DNA of 56,418 nt from a virus (IMGVR_UViG_3300043296_000188:1-56418), one strand, 5' to 3'; shown: positions 20,403 through 29,991, counted from the first letter of the stretch. Numbers and translations are program-made. The notes: generated by a model from the sequence alone, not told the origin.

Positions 20403-23378
20403 TTAATCTATGTTGTTTTTCTTATCATATGTTTGTCCTGGTAATGCCCAAACTTGAGGTTCATTGTCTGTATTTTGTTCTGGGAATGATGGTGCTGTCT
20501 CAAGACTTATACCGAAACTAATTGGTGTATCTCTTACAATATCAAGGTCTTCATCGAATGATGCTATATAATTTGTATTATTCCCAGAATCGAAAGAAAT
20601 CAAATATGATTTATTACTTTTATCATTGTAAGTTGATACAACTGATTTACTGCCAAATCTATTCACATAAGGAGTAGCAGAAATAGCCATACTTGGAATA
20701 ACTTCATTTGGATGATCTGGTGTATATAATCTTTCTAATCGACGTAACCGCCAAAAATTTGCAGAAGTATTCATATGTAAAATATAATAATAAGATGAAT
20801 TACCACCTAATAAATTTTGCATATATTCTAAATCTTGGATAAACATAGAAGGTGTAGCTTGATATATTTCCCAATCTGATACAGCCCTTGCAACGCCATT
20901 CAACGGATTAAAGGCTCTTTGAACAAATAAATAATCATACAATTCATCATATCTGAAAAAGTTTTGCCATTTGGCAGAGTCAGAGCCACCCTCTGTTAAA
21001 GAAACTGTTTTTCTAATATTAAAATCAAAATCAGAGTATGGATATTTAGCAGTTGCAAAAGGAACAATCCTTACATACGCCCAAGCAATTTCATTCAGAA
21101 GAGGATTTAATGAAATTGTGGCGATTGATTCATCACCATCACCAGTCGGGGTATAATTAAACTCTTTATCCAGTAATGTATGGTCAGCATCAAATCTTAG
21201 TATTCTTCCTGATATTTTATTTGTTGGGAAGAAAGCATAATCATCATTTCCAACAGCATCGTGGAAATGCTCCCCGGGCAGAATAGCACTGTGCAAGGAT
21301 GTGTTTATTATTGACATAACTTGTGAGGAAATATCTATTTCAACAAGCCTCAGATCGCCATTTGAATTATTTCTAAATAAGTACCATAGTTTTTTATAAC
21401 TTCTGCTTATACAGTATGCGCCTCGTGCGCCGTTTGTCACTGATCCATAACCTTGACTATAATCCAAAATATAATCAGCATTATTAACGACTAACATATC
21501 AACAACTTTCGGAGTCGATAAAACATCTATTTTTATAATAGAATAAAGTGCTACATCATAAACATAGATATAAGATCTATCACGTTCAGATAATGCAGCG
21601 ACCCATCTGCCTATGGGGGTTATTTCATTAGATATTACAGTTCCTGGTCTTGGGTTTTTATGCCAATGCCCGCAAGGTATATGTTTCTGAGTAGCGTCAC
21701 TTTCTGGAACCCACCTTGGATTATTAAGATAGCCCCATTTGTCCGGTTGCTCTGTGAAATTAAAACTATCTGGCCCAAGATTTCTAAATTCGTTCCATTC
21801 TTGAGCTTCGCTGAGTACATAATCATCACTTGTTATTTCCGAGTCGAGATAACCTGTGGCTTGAGCAATTGCTTTTAATGTTCCATTGAAGTTATTTATC
21901 GGTCCTGTATATTGAATTGTTGGGGTGCTGCCATCTATTGAGTATAGTATTGAACTCCCAAGAGTTGAGGATGTTATTTTTATTGTTACACCAATTGAAT
22001 AAGTTCCGCCAATTGGGTTAAATACTGGCTGTTCTGCTTGAGAAATAGTATAAGTTTCACTTACAACATCTGAATCAGTAAAAGCGGCCTTTATTCCAAT
22101 GGCTTTGATTGTTTTTGCTGAATCTAATGTAAAAGCTGTTGTAAATATTGGATCGCCTAAATCAGGAGTATCTCCATTTAATGTGTAATGAATATCCGCT
22201 TCATCTGTAGCGCAAGTCATTGAGATTAATTGTGTTTTTAATTTCTCGCCTGCTAATGGATCTATTACAGGAGTTGCAACAATTAATTCAACAAAATCCT
22301 CCATAGCAAACATATCATCTTTAAGGGAGTAATTTGTAGCTAATATCCAGTCTGCTGAACGTGCAAGGCTTATCCTAAACTCAGATATAACACCATCAAA
22401 TAGACTTGCTGCTGTACCCCTATTATTGAATGCCCCAAGGTACATGGGAAACTCAAAATTAGCCATATTATCTGGTGTATTTTGTGCGAAATAAGTGAAA
22501 GTCTGTAATACACCATCAAGATATACCTTAATTAAATTATTACTTCCATCTATATTTACTACGAGATAGTGTTCATTGCCATCAGTAATCCCGGTGTCAG
22601 TTTGTACAGCACCATTACAAGATGCTGTATCTTCGTCTCTCTGGTACACTCTAATTCTACCAGCCGATAGTGCAGAATCTTTATCTTTATTTAATTCGAT
22701 TAATAATGTGGTATTGGACCCAGTGTTTGCAGTTCCCATAACATCCATTATTGTATCAGTAACTGCTGATTTTACCACACCCTCAAAGATAGTATATTCT
22801 TGAGAATCAAGTGCTGATCCTAAATTACCAAGTGTCCCTATGCTAATAAAATCATCAACAATATCAAAATCCTGCCCATAACCTATTGAGCTTACAATTT
22901 GGATAGGTTCGTTTGCACCCTTTTTTGTACCATCATAAAAATTTTTGGCACTGTCCAACACCTCAGACGTTGTGTTGTCTACCATATGATGGACGCAAGT
23001 TACATCATTACCCCATACGGTAACAGAAGGTGCACTGGCAGTATCTCCGATATAGGTGGTATTCTCTGCAAATGTAGAATCATAATCAAGATAGAAAATA
23101 TCACCATCATCAATATCATCCGCTTTTACATGATAGACAACTTTACTGCTTGCAAAATCATAGCCTGGTTCAATCTCAGCCTTTAATTCTGTGACATGAT
23201 CTGATAGATATATTTTAACTTTCTTTCTATCTGCATCAGACATTTCATTAAAAAAGTTAACCCATGAAAAAGCATTAGTCCCTGACGATGTAGTAGCATT
23301 AAAAATAACAGGGAAATCCGTTTGAGCTGAATCAAATCTACTTGCTTGAACTGTTAATTTTATTATTCCTGCTGCCAT
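20403..23378 (-). CDS. Adhesin-like virion protein: DUF2341-like, LamG/ConA, two Fn3-associated repeats, C-terminal beta domain
   Basis: TDFPV..; DGNEHYL...VYLDG...FDGVISEFRIS..RSADWI (LamG); two IxY(T/S)xxGxxP...KAI repeats. Confidence 0.75.
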   Translation of the reverse strand: MAAGIIKLTVQASRFDSAQTDFPVIFNATTSSGTNAFSWVNFFNEMSDADRKKVKIYLSDHVTELKAEIEPGYDFASSKVVYHVKADDIDDGDIFYLDYDSTFAENTTYIGDTASAPSVTVWGNDVTCVHHMVDNTTSEVLDSAKNFYDGTKKGANEPIQIVSSIGYGQDFDIVDDFISIGTLGNLGSALDSQEYTIFEGVVKSAVTDTIMDVMGTANTGSNTTLLIELNKDKDSALSAGRIRVYQRDEDTASCNGAVQTDTGITDGNEHYLVVNIDGSNNLIKVYLDGVLQTFTYFAQNTPDNMANFEFPMYLGAFNNRGTAASLFDGVISEFRISLARSADWILATNYSLKDDMFAMEDFVELIVATPVIDPLAGEKLKTQLISMTCATDEADIHYTLNGDTPDLGDPIFTTAFTLDSAKTIKAIGIKAAFTDSDVVSETYTISQAEQPVFNPIGGTYSIGVTIKITSSTLGSSILYSIDGSTPTIQYTGPINNFNGTLKAIAQATGYLDSEITSDDYVLSEAQEWNEFRNLGPDSFNFTEQPDKWGYLNNPRWVPESDATQKHIPCGHWHKNPRPGTVISNEITPIGRWVAALSERDRSYIYVYDVALYSIIKIDVLSTPKVVDMLVVNNADYILDYSQGYGSVTNGARGAYCISRSYKKLWYLFRNNSNGDLRLVEIDISSQVMSIINTSLHSAILPGEHFHDAVGNDDYAFFPTNKISGRILRFDADHTLLDKEFNYTPTGDGDESIATISLNPLLNEIAWAYVRIVPFATAKYPYSDFDFNIRKTVSLTEGGSDSAKWQNFFRYDELYDYLFVQRAFNPLNGVARAVSDWEIYQATPSMFIQDLEYMQNLLGGNSSYYYILHMNTSANFWRLRRLERLYTPDHPNEVIPSMAISATPYVNRFGSKSVVSTYNDKSNKSYLISFDSGNNTNYIASFDEDLDIVRDTPISFGISLETAPSFPEQNTDNEPQVWALPGQTYDKKNNID

Positions 23379-23497
23379 TAAAATCCACCTATCGCAGAAC
23401 TAATAATATCAATTGGTTCTTTAATTTTATCCCAATACATAGCAACGAAATATAATACCAAAAGCATAGGTATAAATGTTATTATTCTTAATATCAT
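23378..23497 (-). CDS. 39-aa single-TM peptide (not in ORF track)
   Basis: MILRIITFIPMLLVLYFVAMYWDKIKEPIDIISSAIGGF; ATGA and TAATG coupling at its two ends. Confidence 0.55.
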   Translation of the reverse strand: MILRIITFIPMLLVLYFVAMYWDKIKEPIDIISSAIGGF

Positions 23498-23949
23498 TTC
23501 GGCCCACCTAAAAAAACCTGACCATTATAATTACACATAGCACTCGCTACTGGTTGATCCGAAAGTGACCAAAGTTTTGTTAAGGAATCACGCTCGACTG
23601 AAACTTCGTTATTGCTTGCATAGATAAAATGATGGAAATCAACTGCTCTCCAGGTATCCCCTGCGGTCACTGTTAACTTTTCAACTAAAGCTGAATTTTC
23701 CCACTCATAAATTTTTGTTTGCCCGAACACGATTATTATTTTTGTAAAAACGAATACCTGCGGATATGGAAAACCATCAGTAATTGCGGTTGTTGCCATT
23801 CTGGTAAGCTCATCCATAACCTGTAAAACACCATCACGGCCTACTGCACCAGCACATTCAAAAAGAAAATTGCTATTTCTTGGCATTCTTTTAGACGGTC
23901 TTAACCCTCTACCGAGATTTTTGGTGTTTATTTGTTTTGTGAATGGCAT
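23494..23949 (-). CDS. Tail nozzle N-terminal half
   Basis: GLRP..MPRNS.FL.EC start, FPYPQVF, ends at blade CNYNGQVFLGG; lies two genes after the adaptor. Confidence 0.55.
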   Translation of the reverse strand: MPFTKQINTKNLGRGLRPSKRMPRNSNFLFECAGAVGRDGVLQVMDELTRMATTAITDGFPYPQVFVFTKIIIVFGQTKIYEWENSALVEKLTVTAGDTWRAVDFHHFIYASNNEVSVERDSLTKLWSLSDQPVASAMCNYNGQVFLGGPK

Positions 23950-24335
23950 TACATTTTACCGTTAGATCCTGTAGTTGCCGGACTTATTGGAGTAAATTCC
24001 CGACTCGGGTTAGAATCGACTGTTTTCATATTCAGACCGGACATATGTTTAAGCCTTTCTTTAATCAATGGTACTGCTTTATCGAGTTTTTCCTGATAGT
24101 CCAACAAAGGATTTTTGCCATCAACCTCACCAATGACTGCAGAAACCACATTTTCATGTCCTATAAATTTTTTATTGTCTTTGTAAAATTTGCTTGTCAT
24201 GCCCAATTGTCCTTTATTGTCAAGAACAAGATTGGAAAAAATATCAGGCAAGATGATCATCATGCGTTCTTCAGATGCGTAAATTTCTTTCTTGACTTCA
24301 TCAATTATTGATTGTCTTTCTTCTGGTGTAATCAT
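23949..24335 (-). CDS. Hypothetical helical protein
   Basis: 128-aa coupled ORF. Confidence 0.6.
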   Translation of the reverse strand: MITPEERQSIIDEVKKEIYASEERMMIILPDIFSNLVLDNKGQLGMTSKFYKDNKKFIGHENVVSAVIGEVDGKNPLLDYQEKLDKAVPLIKERLKHMSGLNMKTVDSNPSREFTPISPATTGSNGKM

Positions 24336-25036
24336 TTATATGTATCTCCATCAACGTCATATCTGTAACCAACGCCGGTTATATTCATATCTATTCCTTC
24401 CAGGGTTTTAGCCAGGTTGCTTCCTTGGATATCTTGTAATGTTTCCTCAGCGGTTTCTTTTAAATCTCTGCTTATCGGTTTGCCGTATCTTGAAGCGTAT
24501 CTGACAGCCATATTTGTGACAAACATTTCTTCATGTTCTTTTGGGACCACAACATTTTCTGCGCTGACATCATCATAAACCGTAAAAGGCTTTGAGCTTG
24601 TGAAATGAAAATCATGATTTGCAATAGGCACATAATCAAAATAGATTATTCCTAAAGGCACTTGTCTATCAAAATACATCGCTGTTGGTCGATTAGATAT
24701 GGTCTTATCTGAAATTTCCCAATATTCGTGTATGGGCCTAACCCGGACTTCGTAATCGTGCTCATTCTCTTTTATATATGCTACATCAAAAGAATTGGGA
24801 CGAGCAGTATCAAAATCACCACTCGTCCCGATAGTATAGGAATTAGTGCCGGAAATAAGAGAAAAGTTTTCTTTTGTCAAAAAATTAATATTTAAAGCAT
24901 TAAGGGAAAGTGTCTGTAAGAACCTGTTAAACTTTCTCTTTCCCCATGCCAAATCGGCAGTTCCCAAAGATCCACCAGCAACAAGTACACCTATTTCAAT
25001 AAAGGCATCTTCAATTATTTCCTGGGCTTTTGACAT
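24332..25036 (-). CDS. Head-to-tail adaptor (P22 gp4-like)
   Basis: AQEIIEDAF.EIGVL..G, Y.IGTSG, RP, P....EMFVTNMAVR.A..YG. Confidence 0.75.
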   Translation of the reverse strand: MSKAQEIIEDAFIEIGVLVAGGSLGTADLAWGKRKFNRFLQTLSLNALNINFLTKENFSLISGTNSYTIGTSGDFDTARPNSFDVAYIKENEHDYEVRVRPIHEYWEISDKTISNRPTAMYFDRQVPLGIIYFDYVPIANHDFHFTSSKPFTVYDDVSAENVVVPKEHEEMFVTNMAVRYASRYGKPISRDLKETAEETLQDIQGSNLAKTLEGIDMNITGVGYRYDVDGDTYK

Positions 25037-25037
25037 A

Positions 25038-25670
25038 TTACCCCTCTATTTTTCTTGCCTTATGACCGGGAGCGTTTGCGTTTAAGTCTTTTTGAGCCGC
25101 TTGAGCTTCGGGCCATGTGTCATAATGCAGTCCGTCAATTGGTTCGCCGTCAGTTCCGAGCATTTCAAAGCCTTTGTCGAGATTCGTTCCAGCTTCTTTT
25201 TCAAGGCGTTCTTCTTCTTCCAGACGCTCAAATTCTTCATCGTCTTTCTTTTCTTGTTCGGCCTTCTCTTTTACAAGGCGTTCTTCTTCCTGCTTTTCAA
25301 GCATTTCAACTTTCTGCTCAAGGTCTTTTTTTGCAGCTTCCAAGTCAGCAACCTGAACAGATCCTTTCAGTGGAGCCTCTGTTAAAATAGGAGCAGTTTT
25401 ACCGGTATCAGCAATAACAGTATTCCCGGCAGAAAGAGTCTTTTTATCAACTATAACTTTCGGAGCCGCATCATTAGCCTTTTTCAAAAGGTCTTCTTCT
25501 TCTTTGGAGTTGACAATTATACCGTTAACTGCCTTCGGAAATTCAGTCCAGATATAACGGTTTCTCCAACCCTTGTTTTTAAACTCGTTCAGTTCAGACT
25601 TATTATTAACTATTTGGGGCTTTTCCCCTCTTTTGTGCATATAAGTTGGATAGTTTATAAATAGTGCCAT
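25038..25670 (-). CDS. Hypothetical head-associated protein
   Basis: Repeated YP/FP..IVN motif plus Glu/Lys coiled coil. Confidence 0.6.
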   Translation of the reverse strand: MALFINYPTYMHKRGEKPQIVNNKSELNEFKNKGWRNRYIWTEFPKAVNGIIVNSKEEEDLLKKANDAAPKVIVDKKTLSAGNTVIADTGKTAPILTEAPLKGSVQVADLEAAKKDLEQKVEMLEKQEEERLVKEKAEQEKKDDEEFERLEEEERLEKEAGTNLDKGFEMLGTDGEPIDGLHYDTWPEAQAAQKDLNANAPGHKARKIEG

Positions 25671-25684
25671 GGTTTTTCCTTTTT

Positions 25685-26632
25685 TTATGTGTTATCTCTA
25701 ATTACCAGATACGAAATAATTGTATCTGCCTGTGGTGTTGCTGAAAATGTAAATGTTACTTTGTCGGTCCCGGCTACCCCGCTAACTCCTGTAACATTGC
25801 CAGTTCCATTATCAAGAATACTCCACATTACGAGTGATCCAGTAACAGCACCACTTACGACAACATCAACTGCTGCACCCATAGCTGCATCACTTGCAGC
25901 CTCTTGTGCTGAATCCCCATCGGTATGAGCTGCGGCATCGTCCATATGATCATTTAGTTTGGCTTTAAGGTCATTAAGCCGTGTTATAGCCTCTATTAAT
26001 GTTGTGGGTGTTACATCTGAGGCAAGAGCCTTTTCAGTACCCTGGGCAACATGATATAGCCATGTAGAGGCCAATATTGCATCATCATCATGGGCAGCGT
26101 AACTTGTAAGCATTTCACCGGTTAAGGCTAAAATACTTGCTAAATCTGTAGCATCACTACTGGAAATTGCTGCTTGCACCCCGGAAGTATGTTCTGTGGC
26201 ATCTGCATAATGGAGATTAATAGTTACCTTGATAGAATCAGCTAACACTATTGCAGAAGCCAGTCCGGCTATATTTGCATCATTATCAACGGTAAGCCCG
26301 TCATCAGCCGCAACAAACGCTGCATTCACAAAAGCTGCTAAACTCTGTTGGGTAACAAGCTGAGTTGCCGAATCAGAAGCCATGTCGTCTTCATCTAACA
26401 CGGCTGTTCCTGAAACTCCGGTATTTATGACAGGGGAAGTTAAGGTTTTATTGGTTAAAGTGCTTGTGCTGGTCTCGGTAAGAATGCCACCGGTTAAACC
26501 ATCAAGTGCGTTAATTTCGTCTGCTGTAGCCGTTACATCTACTAATTCAAGATCCGCAAATCTATCATTTTGACCGGCAATTGCAAAAGTAGCAAAAAGC
26601 AGAATTGCTATTGTAATAAATATTTTTTTCAT
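25685..26632 (-). CDS. Capsid decoration/fibre-like protein with N-terminal signal-like segment and His/Asp helical repeats
   Basis: Directly downstream of coat; ATADEINALDG and TLTNKTLTSP fibre motifs; three helices ending in H...D. Confidence 0.6.
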   Translation of the reverse strand: MKKIFITIAILLFATFAIAGQNDRFADLELVDVTATADEINALDGLTGGILTETSTSTLTNKTLTSPVINTGVSGTAVLDEDDMASDSATQLVTQQSLAAFVNAAFVAADDGLTVDNDANIAGLASAIVLADSIKVTINLHYADATEHTSGVQAAISSSDATDLASILALTGEMLTSYAAHDDDAILASTWLYHVAQGTEKALASDVTPTTLIEAITRLNDLKAKLNDHMDDAAAHTDGDSAQEAASDAAMGAAVDVVVSGAVTGSLVMWSILDNGTGNVTGVSGVAGTDKVTFTFSATPQADTIISYLVIRDNT

Positions 26633-26685
26633 TTGTTCACCTTTGCCCCTTAATTAAAAGGGGCTTTAAGATAATTAGTTAAATT

Positions 26686-27879
26686 CTATCCTATGATTCT
26701 TGTAGCGAATTCAGGATTTTGGCTTAATACACCGTATAGAATATCAAACCTCAACACTTCCTTATCCTCATCAATGTCATAAGCTTTGATCGCTCTTACG
26801 GACAATCCGTTATAAGATTCTCTACCACCCCATACAGCACTTGAAGGGATCTCAAGAGGTCGCATAGCGAGGGTAAATGCATCTTTATGAAATGCAAGGT
26901 TAATCGGGTAAGTTGTGGATTCAACACCCATCATTGTAATTACAGCCTCATTTGCAGGGCTGGTAGTAACAGTTTGATATGGACCCGATGTAATAATACT
27001 TGGAGAAATCGCAATATCCATGGCACCGGTAGTATCGGAAATATCAGCGGTTACAACAAATTGTCTCAAAATACCGGTTGACGCGCCAGTTTTGGGGTTA
27101 ACAGCATAAACATCGGCAACAGTGAAAACATCACCTTCGTTAAGATCGGCATTCCCGGAGTTCCAACCCTTTGTCAAGAGTGTGCCATCTGTCTGACTTG
27201 CACCATCAACTAACGGAGTTGACCCGGAAGTATAAGCACCTGTGATATGATTTTGGATGCTTTGGGCCATGTAGAAATCCATACCCGCCAACGCACCGAT
27301 AAAGCCCTTTGCAATAACATCATTGACATTCTTTTCATTAAACTGGCCTTTTAAGCCTTTTAAAGTTGCACCTTCAGCTTGAGGATTGACAACGGTATAT
27401 CTCATGTCAGTTGGAATAGCTTCCTCATTTAATCTGGTTCGTGCATCTGCATAAACATCAAATCCAGAAGGAGCAGTACCAGGAGTACCGACCTGATTAT
27501 GAATATCTTTATAAAGTGCATAAAGATCAACATCAACAGTGTTGGCCAGGGCAGATAATGCAGGTTTGATATATCTTTCGGAAATCCTGTCAATAGTGTC
27601 AGTCATTTCCTTGGTTGACCACTCAAACGATACATGCGCCTGAGTTGCAATGGTTAATGTAATATTAGATTCTGCAAGAGGGCTGTTTGTTCTGGATCTT
27701 GCTTTGGTTGCTCTAAATACGTTTGGTTTACGAATACCGAGGGTTTCACCGTCTTTGGTGAGTTTGTTTTCCCAGTCACGATAAACCATCTTTGCCATAC
27801 CAAGTTGATTCTCAAGCATTCTGAGAGATTCTTTGGTTAAAATTGTTGAACTAATTAATGTGTTGCTTGCAAAACTCAT
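26686..27879 (-). CDS. Major capsid protein (P22 gp5-like coat)
   Basis: KESLRMLENQL, GETL.IRKP, YIKPA..ALAN.VD.D, L.EGDVFTVA.V.AVNP, NLAFHKDAF.LA, RFDILYG. Confidence 0.92.
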   Translation of the reverse strand: MSFASNTLISSTILTKESLRMLENQLGMAKMVYRDWENKLTKDGETLGIRKPNVFRATKARSRTNSPLAESNITLTIATQAHVSFEWSTKEMTDTIDRISERYIKPALSALANTVDVDLYALYKDIHNQVGTPGTAPSGFDVYADARTRLNEEAIPTDMRYTVVNPQAEGATLKGLKGQFNEKNVNDVIAKGFIGALAGMDFYMAQSIQNHITGAYTSGSTPLVDGASQTDGTLLTKGWNSGNADLNEGDVFTVADVYAVNPKTGASTGILRQFVVTADISDTTGAMDIAISPSIITSGPYQTVTTSPANEAVITMMGVESTTYPINLAFHKDAFTLAMRPLEIPSSAVWGGRESYNGLSVRAIKAYDIDEDKEVLRFDILYGVLSQNPEFATRIIG

Positions 27880-27888
27880 GTTTTACTC

Positions 27889-28830
27889 CTAATATCTCCC
27901 ACTCCTTTCCTTGTCCTGCTTATCACGGGTTTTATTATATTCAGCCATCCCCATTTCATCTAAGGATTTAACTGACTCACCAGTGGTCGAAACAGGTTTT
28001 ATCGGTTTAGGAGCCGAAGTTGTTTTTTTTGGTTTAATTTTAATTGAAATACGTTGAAGTTCTGCGCCTGCTCGTGCGGCATCCATTTCTTTCAGGTCGT
28101 CCGCTTCGTCTGGGTTATTCCCAAGATAATAAGCAACATCTACAGCATTTTCCAAAGACTTAAAAACTGACAGGGTTGAAGTTGGAACCTCAAGATCTTT
28201 TATAACGACATCGAAGTCGTCATATTTTTCTGCGCCCTTTCCAAACGTCTTGTGAATTTCTTTAATACGTCCGGCTTCGACATCGTCAAGTTCTTGCTCT
28301 GTCTTTTTAGCTTTGGTTTTTTTGCTTTCTGCCTTTGTCTTGGCATCCCTGATATCAATTTTCCAATCTGTGAGGGCTTCGTAGAACAATTCATCTGAGT
28401 CGAAGTCATCAATGTTCGGTTTTTTGTTTGATACCGCCGCATTACGCAATTCTTCATTTTCTTTTTGGAGTTTTTCTAAATCGGATTCAGCAGTTTCACG
28501 CCTTTTAACTTCAGCATCAGTTAATCTTTCAGCATCCCGTCTTTTTCTTGTGAGCTTGCCTATCTTCTTCTGGACTCCTTGGGAGAACTCTTCACCTTCA
28601 TCTGGCTTCGGTTCTTCCTTTTTTGCCGGTTTTTCTTCTTTCTCTTTCGGTTTTTTCTCGCCGCCCTTGTCTTCAGGTTGGGTCGTGACCTGTTCTTCTT
28701 TCTTCGCAGGTTCGCTTACTTCCTGGGTTGCACTCTCAGCCGGTTGGATATTATCAACAGAAAAACTTTCCTCTCCTGTATCAATTACCTGTGTTAGCTC
28801 TTGTGCTGCGCTTGCTTTTGGGTCTGACAT
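27889..28830 (-). CDS. Scaffolding protein (start moved to ATG 28830)
   Basis: GVQKKIGKLT.KRR, KP..DDF....YEAL.DW, AYYLG.NP; AAAGGA RBS before MSDPK; the track's TTG start falls inside an RNA structure. Confidence 0.8.
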   Translation of the reverse strand: MSDPKASAAQELTQVIDTGEESFSVDNIQPAESATQEVSEPAKKEEQVTTQPEDKGGEKKPKEKEEKPAKKEEPKPDEGEEFSQGVQKKIGKLTRKRRDAERLTDAEVKRRETAESDLEKLQKENEELRNAAVSNKKPNIDDFDSDELFYEALTDWKIDIRDAKTKAESKKTKAKKTEQELDDVEAGRIKEIHKTFGKGAEKYDDFDVVIKDLEVPTSTLSVFKSLENAVDVAYYLGNNPDEADDLKEMDAARAGAELQRISIKIKPKKTTSAPKPIKPVSTTGESVKSLDEMGMAEYNKTRDKQDKERSGRY

Positions 28831-28879
28831 GTTGTGTCCTTTCGCCTGGTCAGTATGGGCCAGTACATTATTTGTAAAT

Positions 28880-28918
28880 AAAAAAGCCATATAAACACAC
28901 AATGTGTCTATATGGCTT
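28880..28918 (-). terminator. Intrinsic terminator upstream of scaffold/coat genes
   Basis: Minus strand AAGCCATATAGACAC...GTGTTTATATGGCTT followed by a U-tract. Confidence 0.7.
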
Positions 28919-28996
28919 GGTTTTTCCAATACCTATGTTTAATAGCGGCCCGGCTCACTGATCAGGATATTGCCGGGCCTTTCTTGGGTTTTTAAA

Positions 28997-29131
28997 TCAT
29001 TCTACTTTAACCGTTTCTTCCTTCCTTATAATCGGAAGTATCTTACCTCTTTCAAACGTTATTATCAATTTACCATAGAACTTACGGGAAATCAAGTCAG
29101 CTATTAATTTGGTTAATTGGTTGAGGTTCAA
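28997..29131 (-). CDS. 44-aa YezD/DUF2292-like small protein (not in ORF track)
   Basis: TTG start overlapping upstream TGA; FYGKLIITFERGKILPIIRKEETVK resembles the DUF2292 pattern. Confidence 0.6.
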   Translation of the reverse strand: MNLNQLTKLIADLISRKFYGKLIITFERGKILPIIRKEETVKVE

Positions 29132-29412
29132 TTCAATTTCCTTTTGACATTATTAATCTGAACAGCCTTAACAATCCCGTTATTGAGTTTCATAATGGTA
29201 GCCGCTTGTTCTTTGACTTTTTCGTTTACGACTTCCAGGGCTAATGTGGATTTCATTACACCTTCGTTCAGGCTTAGAACTAAACCGCTTAGACCTTCTA
29301 CTTGTTTTTCAAGCCAATCGATATAAACTCCACAATCATTTGTGGTTATTACACGAATAGGGTCTATACCGGTTTCTTTTTTAAACTGTTCTCTGAGTTT
29401 TTCCATAACCAT
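29128..29412 (-). CDS. Hypothetical coiled-coil protein
   Basis: LREQFKKETG...YIDWLE motif plus heptads. Confidence 0.55.
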   Translation of the reverse strand: MVMEKLREQFKKETGIDPIRVITTNDCGVYIDWLEKQVEGLSGLVLSLNEGVMKSTLALEVVNEKVKEQAATIMKLNNGIVKAVQINNVKRKLN

Positions 29413-29629
29413 TTGTCCTTTCGATTATCTTCATACAGTGGTTGAAACGGGTTCTAAACTCACCATCACCAAATAAATAATACATTGGTTCACCTGTCTT
29501 TTTTACGGGAGGCAAATCAGATAGTTTAATAGTCATATTATATACTTCCTGCTGTTTTCTTGCCTGCTGTTTTGATGGGCCTATCAACTTTTCCACTTTG
29601 GTAAATTTAAACCAATTAAAAAGTTTCAT
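29381..29629 (-). CDS. Hypothetical protein
   Basis: 82-aa ORF in head operon. Confidence 0.5.
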   Translation of the reverse strand: MKLFNWFKFTKVEKLIGPSKQQARKQQEVYNMTIKLSDLPPVKKTGEPMYYLFGDGEFRTRFNHCMKIIERTNGYGKTQRTV

Positions 29630-29632
29630 TGA

Positions 29633-29986
29633 CTAAACCTTCCCGGCCTCACGAGCCGCATTAAATTCTTTCATCCCCATTTTGCCAAGCGATTTCTTTT
29701 GAGAAACATCAACCGCCTCAAGCTGAACCTCAATAGAATGATGATCTTTGCCACCTGTTCGCTCTGACATCCTGACTTCGGTTATCTTGCCAGTTCCATG
29801 GATTATTACAGTATCACCAACCTTTACGCCTTTAAAGCCGGGTAGCTTCTCGATCTGGTCTTTTTCAAATCTGAGTTGCAGGCCGTATGGGTATTTGTTG
29901 TGATCATCACCAACCATCATAGGCTCATTCATTTTCTTTAGTTCGGCCTTGGTCTTCTTTGGGATCTTCATGTCTATCATTTTCAT
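29633..29986 (-). CDS. Capsid staple-like minor head protein with scaffold-like C-terminus
   Basis: MIDMK, YPYGLQL...IEKL...VGD pattern; tail KSLGKMGMKEFNAARE. Confidence 0.65.
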   Translation of the reverse strand: MKMIDMKIPKKTKAELKKMNEPMMVGDDHNKYPYGLQLRFEKDQIEKLPGFKGVKVGDTVIIHGTGKITEVRMSERTGGKDHHSIEVQLEAVDVSQKKSLGKMGMKEFNAAREAGKV

Positions 29987-29991
29987 AGGTT

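Noticed and set aside
26645-26665. GCCCCTT/AAGGGGC hairpin as the coat-gene terminator
   Set aside because: No U-tract on the coding (minus) strand; more likely a stabilising or processing hairpin
28831-28929. N-terminal extension of the scaffold from TTG 28929
   Set aside because: Runs through the terminator hairpin; ATG 28830 has a proper RBS
29381-29629. Possible portal-fragment mimic (ARKQQEVYNM vs portal SKDAQRLYNY)
   Set aside because: Only 3 identities in 10 residues; cannot be told from chance without a profile search
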